Source: an uncultured Pseudomonadota bacterium (GTDB lineage Bacteria; Myxococcota_A; UBA796; JAFGLY01). From it: 64,000 nt of DNA. Made by a program: the position numbers and the translations under genes. Position 1 is the first letter of the stretch, and each line of letters starts with the position of its first letter. Below are positions 62,255 to 64,000 of this stretch, one piece after another. The DNA is taken from NCBI GenBank assembly GCA_937912125.1, contig CALDOK010000076.1, forward strand, positions 1,592-65,591, in the 5' to 3' direction. The notes beneath the pieces were generated by a model. The model was not told the DNA's origin. It saw only the letters and a list, made by a program, of their open reading frames with translations, and ran no database searches.

Positions 62255-63240
62255 TTGCAGACGTCCGAGGTGGCGCGCAGCAAGCGGTAGATGCCGTCGT
62301 CACCCATGCCGGCGTAGATCATCAGCCAGCCGTCCCCCCAGGGCACAACCGCGGGATCGCGGGTGCTCCAGGCGTCATGGCCAGACTCGGACAGGGGGAT
62401 GGCGACGGTGCGGTCGGCGCTGTTGTGGTCGATGAAGCCGACCCGCCAGGGGCCGGGGTCGGTGAGGGAGGTGTCGTAGCCGCCGTACCACAGCAGGTTC
62501 TGGCGGCCGTGGTACAGGTACACGGGCTGGGCCACCGCGGCGTTGTCGAAGCCATCGGGACCACGCTCCATGATGTCGCGCTCCTTCTCCCATGTCTCTC
62601 CGTCGTCCACGCTCGTCGCCGCGCCGATGGCGTAGGTCGCGCCGTCGAAGCCGGTGTAGAACAGCGCCAGCCCCCCCTCGAGCCGCTCCGGGTTCGGGTA
62701 GAGCGCCGAGTAGCTGTCGAAGTCGGAGTTCCCGCCGGTGAGCATGATCTGCCCCCTGGACTCGTAAGCCACGCCGTCGCTGCTCTCCGAGTAGTAGAGA
62801 TCGCCCGAGCCATGCCAGAGCCGGAAGCGACCCTCGTCGTAGAGCAAGCCCGGGTACCCCGACCCGCCCGGGGTCAGCCCCGTGGCGGCCACCGGAGCGG
62901 TCCACTGCTCACCATCGCTGCTGGTGCTCACCCATAGGTCGCGATCCAGCGCACGCTGGCGAGCGAAGACCAAGTGCAAGCCCCCCGGGACCGCCACCAG
63001 ACTCGGAGCGAGGTCGCCCTCACCGTACATCAGGGGCTCGGCATCCTCGAACAGCGCGCCCTGCCTGTTCCAGCGCCAGCCGTCGGAGGGGTGGCCCTCC
63101 CAGGTCGGCTCCGGATCGGCGTCGGCCGGAGCGCATTCGCGAACAAGCTTGGTTTCGCCTGTCTCCCCTGGGGTGTCGCCCGGACCTGTGTCGTCCTTGG
63201 GAGCGCAGGCACAGAGAGCCAAGAGTACCAGCGAGCGCAT
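62251..63240 (-). CDS. Lipoprotein with BNR/GH43-like beta-propeller features
   Basis: MRSLVLLALCACAPKDD lipobox. Repeated SxDGxxW motifs (STSSDGEQWTAP, SESSDGVAYE, TSVDDGETWEKE) typical of BNR/sialidase-like propellers. Confidence 0.55.
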   Translation of the reverse strand: MRSLVLLALCACAPKDDTGPGDTPGETGETKLVRECAPADADPEPTWEGHPSDGWRWNRQGALFEDAEPLMYGEGDLAPSLVAVPGGLHLVFARQRALDRDLWVSTSSDGEQWTAPVAATGLTPGGSGYPGLLYDEGRFRLWHGSGDLYYSESSDGVAYESRGQIMLTGGNSDFDSYSALYPNPERLEGGLALFYTGFDGATYAIGAATSVDDGETWEKERDIMERGPDGFDNAAVAQPVYLYHGRQNLLWYGGYDTSLTDPGPWRVGFIDHNSADRTVAIPLSESGHDAWSTRDPAVVPWGDGWLMIYAGMGDDGIYRLLRATSDVCN

Positions 63241-63294
63241 GGGAACTCCTCGTTATGGGAGAATGCGCGAACCCAGTATCATTCGGAGCCTCCC

Positions 63295-64000
63295 CTGCAG
63301 AAACAGCTCGACAGGCAGCTCGGCCTAGCCTCGGTCTTCGCCATCGCCGTGGGCGCGATGTTGGGGTCCGGCATCTTCGTTCTCCCGGGGATGGCGGGCG
63401 CCATCGCGGGACCCATGGTCGGCCTGTCCTACCTACTGGCGGGTCTGCTGGTCTTCCCCGCCCTGCTCTCCAAGGCCGAGCTGGCCACAGCGATGCCTGT
63501 ATCCGGTGGGTCCTACGTCTACGTCGACCGCAGCATGGGACCGCTGATGGGCACCATCACTGGTCTGGGCACGTGGTTCTCACTGGCGGCCAAGACGGCC
63601 TTCGCCTTGGCGGGCCTGGGCGCGTACCTGGCGATCTTCAGCGCCATGAACCCCCAACACTTCGCCTTGGGGGTGCTCGCGCTGATTCTGGTGCTCAACA
63701 TTCTGGGTGCAGGCAAGGCCATGGGTCTGCAGATCGCTGTGGTCGGGCTGTCCTTGCTCGCGCTCGCAGCCTTCGTCATTGGAGGTGGATTCGCGGTGGA
63801 CCGCTCGCTGCTCACCCCCATGTTCCCCCAAGGCAGCATCGGCGTGTTCGAGGGCGCCGCGTTCGTCTTCGTCTCCTACGCCGGGGTGACCAAGGTCTGT
63901 TCGGTGGCCGAAGAGGTGCGCAACCCCAGCAGGAACATCCCCTATGGCATGATCGCAGCCCAGATCACGGTGATGCTCCTGTACGGACTGGTGGCCACGG
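63295..64000 (+). CDS. Amino-acid permease (APC superfamily), 5' part; continues beyond the window
   Basis: Frame reads ...LQKQLDRQLGLASVFAIAVGAMLGSGIFVLPGMAGAIAGPMVGLSYLLAGLLVFPALLSKAELATAMPVSGGSYVYV..., a classic APC N-terminus. No in-frame ATG upstream of the first conserved block. CTG at 63295 preceded by GGAG (63284-87) is the best candidate start. Confidence 0.7.
   Translation, partial: MQKQLDRQLGLASVFAIAVGAMLGSGIFVLPGMAGAIAGPMVGLSYLLAGLLVFPALLSKAELATAMPVSGGSYVYVDRSMGPLMGTITGLGTWFSLAAKTAFALAGLGAYLAIFSAMNPQHFALGVLALILVLNILGAGKAMGLQIAVVGLSLLALAAFVIGGGFAVDRSLLTPMFPQGSIGVFEGAAFVFVSYAGVTKVCSVAEEVRNPSRNIPYGMIAAQITVMLLYGLVAT

Overview
This is a high-GC (~70%) bacterial chromosomal segment, almost certainly from a myxobacterium (Myxococcota). 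The evidence is a MYXO-CTERM sorting tail on a metzincin protease, a giant lipoprotein built from Myxococcales-type Cys-rich MopE-like repeats, an Oar-like TonB-dependent receptor, and many lipoproteins. Very acidic proteins ((DS)n and DDDD runs) point to a marine Nannocystineae-like lineage, but that is inference only.

I call about 50 protein-coding genes. I found no rRNA, tRNA, CRISPR array or obvious mobile element.

- **Housekeeping genes:** speA (3' end cut by the window start), uvrD/pcrA, glmU, rocD, a FadD-like acyl-CoA ligase, archaeal/eukaryotic-type pheS and pheT, a CCA-adding enzyme family gene, and tgt.
- **Signalling and accessory content:** a tandem HD-GYP protein; a GGDEF-HDOD pair followed by a radical-SAM/SPASM enzyme with an odd C-terminal membrane anchor and (DS)n tail plus a VOC protein, with a second convergent radical-SAM enzyme; a secreted TldD/PmbA pair; a PP2C phosphatase with an N-terminal zinc-ribbon module; and an SPFH protein with two GYF-like domains.
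- **Most unusual loci:**
  - Two paralogous, divergently transcribed, roughly 12-TM membrane proteins whose family I could not place, one translationally coupled (GTGA overlap) to an orphan GspE/PilB-family ATPase with no secretin, platform or pilin partners nearby.
  - Three consecutive zinc-ribbon proteins, one with a GltJ/AgmX-like ZnR-GYF-TM-TPR architecture.
  - A perfect 70-bp tandem repeat (3.2 copies) plus hairpin between glmU and a lipoprotein gene.
  - A disrupted, lower-GC lipoprotein pseudogene.

**Caveats:** many long ORFs in the supplied track are antisense artefacts of high GC, and internal starts were chosen by signal-peptide or domain logic. The displayed sequence near 9840-9900 appears to disagree by 1 nt with the ORF-track translation; I followed the ORF-track frames there.
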